Shown: positions 17,243 through 27,386, numbered from the stretch's first letter. The stretch is 64,000 nt of DNA from Patescibacteria group bacterium (GCA_016936175.1 JAFGPN010000015.1:16636-80635), one strand, 5' to 3'. The notes: a model not told the origin generated them from the letters alone. Translations and numbers: made by a program.

Positions 17243-19681
17243 ATGCTTATTTGGGTGGCAATTAGCTTAGTGCTGGTAGGACTCGCTATCGTCGGGTATG
17301 TTTTTTATACTGTATCAGTTCAGAAACGTAACAATGCTAAGCAAGCAGGTAGTGCAGTGGGACGGCGATTGTTTTTGGTTACCTTGCCCAAAGAGGTAAA
17401 GGAAGACGACAAAAACAAAGAGATTAGGGATTTAATTGCTCCGGCGGAGATTCTGCTTCGTAACCTACATTCGATTCAGGATAGTTTTAAAGGTGAGCAC
17501 ATCACATTAGAAATCATAGCCAAGGGTGGCCTGATTGGTTTCTATATTAGTGTGCCAAACAAACTCAGCACCTTATTGGAAAAGCAGATTACTGCTCAAT
17601 ATCCCGAAGCGGTAATCGAAGAGGTAGAAGACCCGAACATCTTCCCCGAACAGGGCCAGGTGGCTGCGGCTCAGCTTAAGCTAAAAAAGGAATCGGCTTA
17701 TCCGATTATGACCTATAAGTTATTCGAGAACGAAGCGCTCAACGCGCTAACCAATGCCTTAAGTAAACTAAATGAGGATAGCGAGGGAGCAGCGATTCAG
17801 GTCTCGATCCGACCAATATCCGATAAATGGCAGAAAAAGGGGAGAGCTATCGCCAACGCTATGCAACAAGGTAAATCCAGCAAAACCATCGCCGGCGGGG
17901 TAATGGAAGGCCTGCAAGGATTAATGATGCCCGGTAGTGGCAAGAAAGAAGATGCTCCCAAAGAAGAGAAAAAGCTAACCCCCACTCAAGAGAAGGTGGT
18001 AGAAGCGATTGGGGAGAAATCGTCTAAATCTGGATTTGAGGTATCTGTTCGAGTGATAGCCGCTTCGCCGACCAGGGAAGAGGCCCAAATAAATTTAAAC
18101 AATATTCTAAGCAGTTTTCACCAGTATAGTAGCTCTGCCAACAATCGGTTTACTTTGGACAAGGTGCCTGAGCATAAAGTTATCTCTCAGTTCATTTTTA
18201 GAATGTTTAATTTAGGCAAACCATATATTTTAAACACCGAAGAGATCGCTACCATCTGGCATCTACCCAATGCTCATTTGGATACTCCGAACATTCGTTG
18301 GTTAAAAGCTAAACGATTATCCCCACCAGACAGTTTGCCCAAAGAGGGGATAGTGTTAGGTAAAAACACTTATCGGGGGGTAGAAAATTTCATCCGCGTT
18401 AAAGAAGATGACCGGCGTCGGCATCTTTACTGCATCGGTAAAACCGGCACCGGTAAAACTACCTGGATGCAGAACTTAGCCCTGCAGGATATTCTGGACG
18501 GCAAGGGTGTTTGCGTAATTGATCCTCACGGAGATATGATCGATTGGCTGTTAGCACGAATTCCCAAAGAACGGGTTGATGATATTATTCATTTCTATCC
18601 GCCGGATCTCGAGCGGCCGATGGGTTTAAACATGTTAGAAGGGGGGAGTGCCGCCCATAAGGACATAATGGTGGCCGAGATGATCTCCATCTTCTATAAA
18701 TTATTTGATCCAACTGGCACTAGTCAGATGATTGGTCCGATGTTTGAACACTATATGCGTAATGCCATGTTGGCGTTATTGGCAGATGATGAAACCGGGG
18801 CTACTCTAATTGAGATTCCACGGATGTTCACGGATAAGGAATTTCGGGAGTACAAGCTCTCCAAAGTAACCGATCCGGCGGTGCGCCAGTTCTGGGTGCA
18901 GGAGTACCCTCAGTCTCAGCGCGGTCAGCAATCTGCCGACATGTTGAGTTACGTTATTAGTAAGATCGGCCGATTCCTGAGTAACGAGATGATGCGAAAC
19001 ATCGTGGGACAGGCTCGCTCTGCTTTTGATATCCGTAGGGTGATGGACGAGAGCAAGATTTTATTGGTTAATTTAGCCAAGGGTTTAACGGGGGATATCA
19101 ACAGTAATCTACTCGGATTTATTTTAGTATCGAAAATTCAGATGGCGGCTTTAGGTCGCGCCGATGTGCCCGAGAGTGAACGGAAAGATTTTTACTTATA
19201 TATCGATGAGTTCCAGAATGTTACTACCGATTCGATTGCCACAATCTTATCCGAAGCGCGCAAGTATCACTTAAACTTGGTGGTAGCGCATCAGTTTGTG
19301 GCCCAGCTCGAAGAAAAAATTCGTGACGCGGTGTTGGGCAATGTTGGCACGATGATTAGTTTTAGGATTGGCGCGCCCGATACCGAAGTCATTGGCAAGG
19401 AATTTGCGCCGGAAGTAAGCGAAAATGACTTAGTTAATATCGAGAATCGCAACGCCTACATCAAACTAATGGTAGATGGGGCGGCTACTAAGCCATTTAA
19501 CCTAACCGCTCTGCCGCCGATGGGTACGGCCAACCTCAAGGTAATGGATGCCTTAAAGAAGCTCTCGCGGCTTAAATTTGGCCGAGATAGACGAATTGTA
19601 GATATGGAGATTAGAGAAAGGGGTAGATTTATCACCGAATCTCAAAATAATCCGCCGTCAGAGCCGAAAAATCCGTTTTAA
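17243..19681 (+). CDS. membrane-anchored DUF87 / TraD-VirD4-like P-loop ATPase (paralog of 6669-9557)
   Basis: N-terminal TM helix, Walker A CIGKTGTGKTT, Walker B YLYIDEFQNV. Co-linear similarity to the first copy throughout. Confidence 0.7.
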   Translation: MLIWVAISLVLVGLAIVGYVFYTVSVQKRNNAKQAGSAVGRRLFLVTLPKEVKEDDKNKEIRDLIAPAEILLRNLHSIQDSFKGEHITLEIIAKGGLIGFYISVPNKLSTLLEKQITAQYPEAVIEEVEDPNIFPEQGQVAAAQLKLKKESAYPIMTYKLFENEALNALTNALSKLNEDSEGAAIQVSIRPISDKWQKKGRAIANAMQQGKSSKTIAGGVMEGLQGLMMPGSGKKEDAPKEEKKLTPTQEKVVEAIGEKSSKSGFEVSVRVIAASPTREEAQINLNNILSSFHQYSSSANNRFTLDKVPEHKVISQFIFRMFNLGKPYILNTEEIATIWHLPNAHLDTPNIRWLKAKRLSPPDSLPKEGIVLGKNTYRGVENFIRVKEDDRRRHLYCIGKTGTGKTTWMQNLALQDILDGKGVCVIDPHGDMIDWLLARIPKERVDDIIHFYPPDLERPMGLNMLEGGSAAHKDIMVAEMISIFYKLFDPTGTSQMIGPMFEHYMRNAMLALLADDETGATLIEIPRMFTDKEFREYKLSKVTDPAVRQFWVQEYPQSQRGQQSADMLSYVISKIGRFLSNEMMRNIVGQARSAFDIRRVMDESKILLVNLAKGLTGDINSNLLGFILVSKIQMAALGRADVPESERKDFYLYIDEFQNVTTDSIATILSEARKYHLNLVVAHQFVAQLEEKIRDAVLGNVGTMISFRIGAPDTEVIGKEFAPEVSENDLVNIENRNAYIKLMVDGAATKPFNLTALPPMGTANLKVMDALKKLSRLKFGRDRRIVDMEIRERGRFITESQNNPPSEPKNPF

Positions 19682-19938
19682 CAGCTTAGCCGACTGCCTG
19701 TAAAATGGGCAGACGGGGGAGAGATAACTTGATTTTTTCCACCTAGTGTAGATATAATTCTTTAGTCTAGAACAATAAACCCCGTTAGAGATTCGGAGAA
19801 GCCATGGAAAATATTCAAAACAAAATTTTGCCGCGAATCGTTTCACTTTCGTTAACTCTCATTAGCAGATCTCATCAGCGATCTCTAATGGGGTAAAATT
19901 AACCAGCAATATAAATATAAACCTAAACTAGAAAGAAA

Positions 19939-20463
19939 ATGACGAAGAACAAACAACTCGAGCAACTCCGCGCTTTTGTAGAAAACGCCTCTGCTAACCT
20001 GGCATCGGCTAAACAGCTGTTGGCTGGGCTTTTAGGTACCTCGGTAAACAGCCTGGATTACCAGGGTAAAGCAACCGGTATGGCTAGTGATGGTAAGGTG
20101 GTCGAAGGGGTGTTTGACGGGCAGTATATGGTGGATACGGACGGTAAGAAATATCCGGTACCGGCCAACTATGCTAGTAAGTCTAAATTAGTAGCGGGCG
20201 ATGTGTTGAAGCTAACTATTATGGAAGACGGCTCGTTTATCTATAAGCAGATCGGGCCGATTGCTCGCAAGAAGGTTATTGGTACATTAGTGCAAGAAGG
20301 TGATGATTATAAAGTAGTGGCAGGCGGCAAGTCGTACAGAGTGTTGTTAGCCTCCGTGACTTACTTTAAAGTATCGGTCGGTGACGAACTGACCATTTTG
20401 ATCCCAGAATCCGAAGACAGCGAATGGGCGGCAATTGAAAGCGCGGTAATTCAGCCCAAGTAA
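19939..20463 (+). CDS. hypothetical protein
   Basis: 174 aa ORF. A bidirectional terminator hairpin lies at 20474-20500. Confidence 0.45.
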   Translation: MTKNKQLEQLRAFVENASANLASAKQLLAGLLGTSVNSLDYQGKATGMASDGKVVEGVFDGQYMVDTDGKKYPVPANYASKSKLVAGDVLKLTIMEDGSFIYKQIGPIARKKVIGTLVQEGDDYKVVAGGKSYRVLLASVTYFKVSVGDELTILIPESEDSEWAAIESAVIQPK

Positions 20464-20609
20464 TACATAAATGAATAAACCGGTCGTCTAAAGGCCGGTT
20501 TATCTATAGTAAGGATAGCCTGGGGGTAATGTCGCACAAGATACATTGTGCGACGCTCTGTATTCAAACTCCCCCGATAAGCTGACGGGGCATTTTAAAA
20601 TAATTCTAA

Positions 20610-21056
20610 TTAGTTAGTTTTAATCTTTTGAGTAAAACTATCCGGGTATTTAACTTGCAATAGTTCAGCCGCTTCAGTTGGTTCGCACCAATGGTACTGG
20701 CTGTGTTCCCTACTCAAAGTGATGGGGGCCTTTTCGTCCATTACGGCACAACGGTAAATGAACAAAATCAATCCGACACCAATCTTATCGCCTGGATGTT
20801 GTGGAATACGGATGTTCGATAAGATACTGTCAAAATAGTCGTAACTCTTTAATCGTAGACCAGTTTCTTCTGTTACCTCTTTGGCTAATGTTTGTTCTAT
20901 GTTCTCCCCTTGTTTAACTCGCCCACCGGGGATATCCCAATAGGCGCGGTTCTCATCGATTAGTTCCTGTTTGTTGACTTGCAGTAATAAAATCTGCCCG
21001 GCCTGGTTGGTGATTAGGGCCTTAATACCCAAATTGTAGGTGTCTTCGTTGGCCAT
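20610..21056 (-). CDS. NUDIX hydrolase
   Basis: Nudix box GGRVKQGENIEQTLAKEVTEETGL. The ggggagag ribosome-binding site sits before the ATG. Confidence 0.75.
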   Translation of the reverse strand: MANEDTYNLGIKALITNQAGQILLLQVNKQELIDENRAYWDIPGGRVKQGENIEQTLAKEVTEETGLRLKSYDYFDSILSNIRIPQHPGDKIGVGLILFIYRCAVMDEKAPITLSREHSQYHWCEPTEAAELLQVKYPDSFTQKIKTN

Positions 21057-21206
21057 CTCTCCCCTATTGTATCATCCACAGATCTACTGGGGTGTTTTTT
21101 ATCTCTGAGACGCTACTTTTATAAAAAACAGGCCCAGATTTGTGCAACTTATTAGTTACACAATTCCAGGCCTAAGTCTTCCTATATTAGAGCCGTAGTC
21201 CCCATC

Positions 21207-21698
21207 TTAGCCGATTGGCGGGTTGAGTTCATCTGACACCACGCCGAATTGAATCGGGTCACGGGGGGCGTCGGTGCCGCTTGTCACCTGGGGGGTGACA
21301 ACGGTGGGGTCGACAAACGGGACAGCGGCCACTGCCGCTGTCATCGCATCTGGATCGGCGGGGTCGGTGGGGTCACCCTCTCTCTCTGTCTTCTCCCGCT
21401 GATACAATCGCTGAAGGGCATCCGGGCGGACGTCCACCTCGAGTAGCGAGGTGCCCACAATCACCTCATCGCCGATTTTTACCAACACAGCGGTAACGAC
21501 ACCGTCAGCGTCGGCATTCAGGCAGGTCTTGTCGATCATCATCAGGTGGTCGCCTGAACGTATCGAGTGGCCAGGTAAGACGAAAACCTGGCCGACAACG
21601 CCCCTGATTGACGAAGTCATTGCTACCAACAGTGGTATAGACCTACAAAACACGTCTTCCTCCTTTTTGGGGACTTCGCCTTGTCTTAGGTCGGACAT
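21207..21698 (-). CDS. hypothetical protein with a biotinyl/lipoyl-like hybrid-barrel domain
   Basis: GDHLMMIDKT...VVTAVLVKIGDEVIVGTSLLEVD resembles a biotin/lipoyl attachment fold. The region is GC-rich. Confidence 0.35.
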   Translation of the reverse strand: MSDLRQGEVPKKEEDVFCRSIPLLVAMTSSIRGVVGQVFVLPGHSIRSGDHLMMIDKTCLNADADGVVTAVLVKIGDEVIVGTSLLEVDVRPDALQRLYQREKTEREGDPTDPADPDAMTAAVAAVPFVDPTVVTPQVTSGTDAPRDPIQFGVVSDELNPPIG

Positions 21699-21778
21699 AG
21701 GTGTATTCCCATTTGTTCTTAAGTGTGGATACTACTTGGGGAACTGTACCCTCCCCATGGGTAAATTCAGATATATCC

Positions 21779-22129
21779 TCATTGGTGGCGGATAAAGAAA
21801 TGGCCGAGGTATTGACCAGGCCAGAGGTTATCGTCGGGTGGATGGTAGGAAAGGACGCGGCATGACAGGGGCTTGTCATACGGTGGTGGCAGGCCCTGGA
21901 CTTCTGCAAGTATTAGCGTCAGGTCCCAGCTGGCCATACTTTCCACAACACTGTGAACCCGGGCGGTTAATTTGATTAGCTCGTCATTCTCGCCGATGCT
22001 TCGAAGGGGTTCCTCTACCGACAGGAGTTTGCCGATGGTCAGTTCGATCGTATCTCCCCTAGTCACCGAGGCTAAGATCTCGTCCTCAGTCGGACCTTTA
22101 GTTATTACACTGTGAACGCAGTCGTTCAT
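21779..22129 (-). CDS. hypothetical protein
   Basis: ORF in the GC-rich islet. An aggggaggcagag ribosome-binding site precedes the ATG. Confidence 0.35.
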   Translation of the reverse strand: MNDCVHSVITKGPTEDEILASVTRGDTIELTIGKLLSVEEPLRSIGENDELIKLTARVHSVVESMASWDLTLILAEVQGLPPPYDKPLSCRVLSYHPPDDNLWPGQYLGHFFIRHQ

Positions 22130-22499
22130 CTCTGCCTCCCCTTTGTATCAAGGGCACGCTAATCGCTGAACCAGGCTTAGCACCTTGGTCGCTGACAACA
22201 CTTTTGGTTGATCTCAATGTCAAAAAGCTTGCCTGTATCAGGTATCGTGGATATCCCATTTTGTCACTATCCCCGACATCTGTCAATATGGATTTATGGC
22301 TCTCAGAGAGAATATTTATAAAAAAATAGGGCCAGAAGATTGTTTGGGATGAAAGCGTGTTTGCGCCTTTGACAATCTTCCGACCCACCACACCAATGGG
22401 TGGTTTGTGCCTCCGCCTTTGCACACAAGCCTCCGTCGGGGTATTACCTGTGTCTGTAGCCGCCTACTGTTCTACCGGTCGGGTGATTGGATGTCTACG

Positions 22500-22865
22500 T
22501 TATACCCCATCATTGGATGAGTGGCATCTGCCGGTTGGAAAGCCGGCCGATTGAATCTGACGGGCTGGGGGTGGTGCGTCTGGGTCTGCGATCACGATTT
22601 TACTTAGGAAACTTCCGGCAGTACCGGGAAAGCTTTCTATTGGCATCCTGACCGTGCCCAAACAAGAGGGCCCTCCATTGTAAACGGAGAACGAAATCTC
22701 TCCCCTCGTCACCTGGGTGGTCACGGAGAGGTGGGCCGGGGTTCCCTTTGACCCCTCGAGTTGAAACCTCTTGGTCCTACGGTAATCATCTGGCTTTCTG
22801 CGCCGGATGGTGCTCGTTGCCGCCGACAAAATGTCGGTGACATCGGTTTCGGTTAGACTCAACAT
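22500..22865 (-). CDS. hypothetical protein
   Basis: ORF only, in the GC-rich islet. Confidence 0.3.
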   Translation of the reverse strand: MLSLTETDVTDILSAATSTIRRRKPDDYRRTKRFQLEGSKGTPAHLSVTTQVTRGEISFSVYNGGPSCLGTVRMPIESFPGTAGSFLSKIVIADPDAPPPARQIQSAGFPTGRCHSSNDGV

Positions 22866-23002
22866 GAGGCAGTTCCTCCACTAGATTGAGTTGGTGTAGA
22901 TTAAAAAAGCGGCGAAATCAAGTAACAGGCAGGTAGCTTTAGACAGGCTCCCCGTGCCTGATTAGACTAAGCAATTCTCCCCTTTCTGTCAACCCGGGAG
23001 CT

Positions 23003-23791
23003 TCACCAATTGAAGTTGGGCTGAAGGGCGGGGTGGGACAGGCCGGAGTAGAAGGAGTTGGACGGAGCGTTTGGGATAACTGCGTTACTCCAATCGGTGT
23101 TGATTAGCGGCACCGGGTTAAGGGCGACCCTGGTTTTGCCGTCGACGTAGTCCACTTGAAAATGCAGGTGTGGGTTAGCAGTGCCAGTATTCCCCAAATG
23201 GCCGATTAAATCCCCTGCCTTAATTTGTTGGCCGACCCTTACTGAGACATCTTGCAAATGACCGTAAGTAATTTGATAATTGCCGGTTTTAACAATTACT
23301 GTATTACCAATCCTTTCACCAGCAAATGAAACTACTCCATCGCTGGCGGAGGTTACTTCGATTCCATCACGCCCTGCAAAATCTATGCCATTGTGTCTAT
23401 TCTGCCACTGTGGGTATTTAATATTGTAATCTTCTTTGATAGCGCTAAGTGAGCCAAACCAACCATAAATAAACCAAGTATCAGTCGAATCGCTGGAAAC
23501 GAATTGACCATCTTCTATCACAAAATATTTCTCGCCTTGATTAGTATTCCACCAAATCCCCGATTTGCTTTCATCCCCGCTTCTCCACCTCGACCCCACA
23601 TTAAACGGCAGCCTTAGTTCTAATTCGTTAACAATATTCACAGTAGCTACTGTGAATACGGTCGTATCTTGGACGGTTAAATCAGGTTGGGCCACTGCTG
23701 CTACATGGCCATCGGTGGAGGGGGCGCGCAAAGAGCTCGGCAACAAGACAACGCCGAGGACCATCAAACTAACTAATAGCCACTTTTTCAT
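23003..23791 (-). CDS. secreted M23 family metallopeptidase (LytM/lysostaphin-like)
   Basis: Signal peptide MKKWLLVSLMVLGVVLL. HxxxD-type motif within GIDFAG and an HLH motif (ANPHLHFQV). Confidence 0.8.
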   Translation of the reverse strand: MKKWLLVSLMVLGVVLLPSSLRAPSTDGHVAAVAQPDLTVQDTTVFTVATVNIVNELELRLPFNVGSRWRSGDESKSGIWWNTNQGEKYFVIEDGQFVSSDSTDTWFIYGWFGSLSAIKEDYNIKYPQWQNRHNGIDFAGRDGIEVTSASDGVVSFAGERIGNTVIVKTGNYQITYGHLQDVSVRVGQQIKAGDLIGHLGNTGTANPHLHFQVDYVDGKTRVALNPVPLINTDWSNAVIPNAPSNSFYSGLSHPALQPNFNW

Positions 23792-23877
23792 AACGCCCTA
23801 CCCTACCCGATTTGTGTGTCCCAGTCAAGAAAAAACTGCAGAGCTCCGAGATGGGGTCGGAACCCTGCAGTTGTTGG

Positions 23878-24363
23878 TTAGAAGCTTACCGTGTACTGAA
23901 CGCGCAACTCGTCGCCCGGACCGCCACCGCCAAGGCCGAAGGCCCCGAGTATGCTCAACGTGCCGCTCTTGCCCATGGGGATGTTGAACAGTGGCCCGGC
24001 TTGCCAGGTGGCGAGTTTACCAAAAGCACTGCTCTCGATGATGACGGCCTGTACCTGTGTCTGACCAAGCTGGCCGGCGTCAATTGCCAGTTCGTTGTAT
24101 AAACTGGCACGGTTGTCCTCTGGCAACTTGAGACTACTGAAGAGTGACCAGCCTCTCCCTAACGTTAGCGCTTGGAGCTTGAATGCGTTCCATTCACTGT
24201 GGTTGAAGATGGCGAGTACTCGCGGTTGCACTTTGGTGTTGCCGGTTAAGGTGCGAGTGCGGCCACGGATGCCGAAGTCGAACATATCGCCGCTTAAGTT
24301 GTAGTCAAACTGAGCGGCAGTGCCGTTGTCCATCGGCCGCCATAGCCGCATGTACTCCACCAA
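23878..24363 (-). CDS. hypothetical protein (C-terminus ends ..RVQYTVSF)
   Basis: ORF in GC-rich DNA. It overlaps a neighbouring ORF, so it may be spurious. Confidence 0.25.
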   Translation of the reverse strand: MVEYMRLWRPMDNGTAAQFDYNLSGDMFDFGIRGRTRTLTGNTKVQPRVLAIFNHSEWNAFKLQALTLGRGWSLFSSLKLPEDNRASLYNELAIDAGQLGQTQVQAVIIESSAFGKLATWQAGPLFNIPMGKSGTLSILGAFGLGGGGPGDELRVQYTVSF

Positions 24364-25024
24364 ATAGATTGGTTAATGTACCGGCGATGGTGGCAATGAT
24401 TGCCGCCCGGAATCCAAACGAAAGCCGCAAGGCATCGCAGAGTCCGATCTCACCGCTGGCCGCAGTAGTGCAATCCCCATAGATACCGCGCTCCTCGTAG
24501 GCTTCGAGGAGCAGAAGGTTGGCGAATGGGGCTACCAAGTAGGCAACGATCATTGAACCGTACTCGCGCTCGGCTACGCGCTTCCAATCGTAGCCGAAGT
24601 GTCTCAGTTTCATCATCAGTATCAGGGCGCCGGCCAGACCTGCTAGTGTTAGCAGTAATAGCCATCGGAGAGTGCAGGCTGTGTAGTAAGGTGCCAAGAT
24701 CGCGGCAGACTCTCCCACACCGATGCCGTATTCCTGAGCTAGTCGCTCCTTTTCTTGCCGGGGTTCTTCCATTAGTTCCCGATTAGCCCAGACCACTTTC
24801 AGCATTTCTGCCTCAGAGCGGGTGCCATCCAATCCAGCAGCCAACCGAAGTTGGTTGAACATGTCGCTACCAAGGATGTTGCTGGGCCACATTGGATCTT
24901 TGGATAACATCCGGTCTAGCTGGGTCTGGTAGCTCGCCATCGCTTCTAACCGCTGTTTGCAGTCGGTGATGGTGGGCAATTTAGCGACAGCCTGATCGGT
25001 CAGTTCTCGAGCGCTTTCGAACAT
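24305..25024 (-). CDS. hypothetical membrane protein
   Basis: Several hydrophobic helices (LLLLTLAGLAGALILMM, AAIIATIAGTL). Confidence 0.4.
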   Translation of the reverse strand: MFESARELTDQAVAKLPTITDCKQRLEAMASYQTQLDRMLSKDPMWPSNILGSDMFNQLRLAAGLDGTRSEAEMLKVVWANRELMEEPRQEKERLAQEYGIGVGESAAILAPYYTACTLRWLLLLTLAGLAGALILMMKLRHFGYDWKRVAEREYGSMIVAYLVAPFANLLLLEAYEERGIYGDCTTAASGEIGLCDALRLSFGFRAAIIATIAGTLTNLFGGVHAAMAADGQRHCRSV

Positions 25025-25387
25025 GGCCTGAACGGCAGCGACTCCCTCAGGCGTCCTGACGTCGTATTGATACGCTTCCCGTTTGGTCTTTGCCTCCAGG
25101 TACTCGCTTGAGTGCTGAAGTTCAGGCTTGGGGATTTGGATTCACAAGCAGATAAATATCAAAACTGGGAAGAGGAGTTGTAATCCTCTCCACCAGTATT
25201 TTTCTAACATGTCAAATGTCCTCCATGTCTGAGATTATGCGGCGTTGGGTCCCATCTCCCACCGCGACCCTCAAATATGCCACATTTTTAGCTCTCAGTC
25301 AAGCTAATTTTAGTATAAAAAGACCCCGCAAAGAGGTAGCAAATAGATTTACCTGATTGCGGGGGGTCTGTTTTGGGGCAGTCGAAG

Positions 25388-26209
25388 TTAGCACCATCTC
25401 CCTTGGAGAATGGCTTCGGGGTCGAGGCCAAGCCGTTGGGCGAGCCCCACGTAGCCTGTCATTACATCGCCGGTATCGAATCGGAACAGGTCCTTATCTA
25501 ACTTCTCGCCGGTCTGGGCGTCGACCAGTCGACAGGTATCGCCAGTAATCTCGTCGGCCACGGCGATATCACCGTAACGTAGGCGACCGAATTCGAGCTT
25601 AAAATCGAGTAGCTTAATGCCATGACCAAGGTAGATGCGGCGAAGGCCGTCGTTGACCTCTTCCGTCAAGTTGAGGATGGTGTGCATCTCGTCCGACGTC
25701 AGTAGCCCCATAATTTCCACCGGGATGGCGAGATGGCTGAAGAAGGGGTCGTGTAGGGCATCATTTTTGAGCCCGACTTCAATCAGTGGTCGTGGGATTG
25801 GAGTGCCCGGTTCGATGCCAAAGCGTTTACACAGACTGCCGTGCGCTTCGTTCCGCACGATTATTTCCAGCGAGATGATGTCAACCCTGTGCATTAGTTG
25901 GTGGGTTGGGCTGACCTGCGCGATGAAGGCGATTGGAGCAGTCGCTTCGTAGTCGGCGTTCAGCTCCTGCCACAGCCGGGAACTGATGGCACAGTTGAGA
26001 CGACCCTTCCCTGCCCTCTCATCACGTTTCACTGCATCGAAAGCCGTGAGGGAGTCCTTGAACTCCATCAGCACATATGCGCCCTGGGAATTGTTGGGAC
26101 ACTTGCGCACGCGCTTGGCCTTGCCCTCGTAGATCAGGGGAGCGCGGGAAAGCACCTCCTCCCCCATCTCCTGCAACGCATTGGCCAGTACTTCGATTTT
26201 CGGATCCAT
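25388..26209 (-). CDS. purC: phosphoribosylaminoimidazole-succinocarboxamide synthase (SAICAR synthetase)
   Basis: LIYEGKAKRV motif. The ggagg ribosome-binding site is 6 nt before ATG 26209 (the internal Met of the track ORF). Confidence 0.85.
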   Translation of the reverse strand: MDPKIEVLANALQEMGEEVLSRAPLIYEGKAKRVRKCPNNSQGAYVLMEFKDSLTAFDAVKRDERAGKGRLNCAISSRLWQELNADYEATAPIAFIAQVSPTHQLMHRVDIISLEIIVRNEAHGSLCKRFGIEPGTPIPRPLIEVGLKNDALHDPFFSHLAIPVEIMGLLTSDEMHTILNLTEEVNDGLRRIYLGHGIKLLDFKLEFGRLRYGDIAVADEITGDTCRLVDAQTGEKLDKDLFRFDTGDVMTGYVGLAQRLGLDPEAILQGRWC

Positions 26210-26287
26210 GTATTCCTCCAATAGTATGAAATGTCGAAGTCCATCGCCTAAAGCGACTTTTAATCCTAACAGACCCACTAATTTCCC

Positions 26288-26983
26288 TCAAGTGATGATA
26301 TCTCTGGCATTAACGGTAATGTATTGGCCGGGAGCGAGGTCGCGAAGGCGGAGTTTGCCGATGCGAATCCGTTTAAGCTCTTGAATTTGGAGATGTAGCA
26401 TCTCCGCTATTCGCCTGATCTGGCGCTTTCTCCCCTCTTTGAGGGTGAGCGAAACGACGTATCGATTACCAGTCAACTTTTCGATAATTTTCACTTTGAT
26501 TGGTTGGGTAAGTGAACCATCTAATTTAACCGGCCTCGCGAACTGTTCGATTTTTTTCTCATCACCTTTTAAAATAACCTCATACTCTTTTTCGTGTTCG
26601 TAGCGCGGATGAGTTAACTTATTAGCTAATTCGCCGTTATTGGTAACTAATATTAGTCCGCAGCTATCTTTGTCTAATCGGCCAACCGGATAGACGCGGA
26701 TATCTTTGGGGAAAAAATCCGCAATCGTTTTCTCGGCGTGCTTGTCGCTCAAGGTCGAGGTTACCCCAACCGGTTTATTAAAAGCATAGATAACTTCGCT
26801 TTCTGGTTTTACAATCTTCCCGCGGAATTTAATAATATCCATTTCTGAATCGATGGTGATGCCTAGTTCGTGTACCACCTTTCCATTAATAGACACCAAA
26901 CCCGCCGCAATTAACTCATCAGCTTTTCGGCGGCTGGCTATCCCGGCGGATGCTAAAAATTTATTTAGTCTTTCTTTGGCCAC
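26288..26983 (-). CDS. rRNA pseudouridine synthase, RsuA/RluB family (S4 domain plus catalytic domain)
   Basis: S4 N-terminus ERLNKFLASAGIASRRKADELI and a catalytic VGRLDKDSCGLILVTN motif. Confidence 0.8.
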   Translation of the reverse strand: MAKERLNKFLASAGIASRRKADELIAAGLVSINGKVVHELGITIDSEMDIIKFRGKIVKPESEVIYAFNKPVGVTSTLSDKHAEKTIADFFPKDIRVYPVGRLDKDSCGLILVTNNGELANKLTHPRYEHEKEYEVILKGDEKKIEQFARPVKLDGSLTQPIKVKIIEKLTGNRYVVSLTLKEGRKRQIRRIAEMLHLQIQELKRIRIGKLRLRDLAPGQYITVNARDIIT

Positions 26984-27386
26984 GGTAATGTAAGAAGAGG
27001 GCGATTAGAAAAGCGACAAGATAGATACAGGCGCCGTAAAAACATGGCGTCAAGAAAGGATTGGTGATATCTGCCGGGCAAGCGCTAACGCACTGTTCCC
27101 CCCGGAATAATTTGTAAGCAATATAACCCCAGTTGCCCAAAGCAAATAAGGTACCAGCGCCTAACAACCAAGTAATAAATCTCTGCCACAGCCGGTCAAT
27201 CTTATCCGGTGTAAACAGGATGTATAGAGCCGACAGGGCGGCGACGGTTAATCCTACAGCACCGTAAAAGCACATCACTTTAAGCGGATTAAGTCCGCGA
27301 GCAATATCATCCGATACTACATTCCAGGCAAACATTACGCCGCCTAATAACACTAACAGCTGTAAATATTGAACAGGGCGCATCAT
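26961..27386 (-). CDS. small integral membrane protein
   Basis: Four predicted TM helices. Confidence 0.45.
   Translation of the reverse strand: MMRPVQYLQLLVLLGGVMFAWNVVSDDIARGLNPLKVMCFYGAVGLTVAALSALYILFTPDKIDRLWQRFITWLLGAGTLFALGNWGYIAYKLFRGEQCVSACPADITNPFLTPCFYGACIYLVAFLIALFLHYRGQRKTK

Noticed and set aside
19658-19846. 62-aa minus-strand ORF in the 19.7 kb intergenic region
   Set aside because: It overlaps the predicted structured region and terminator, is AT-rich and low-complexity, and has no ribosome-binding site.
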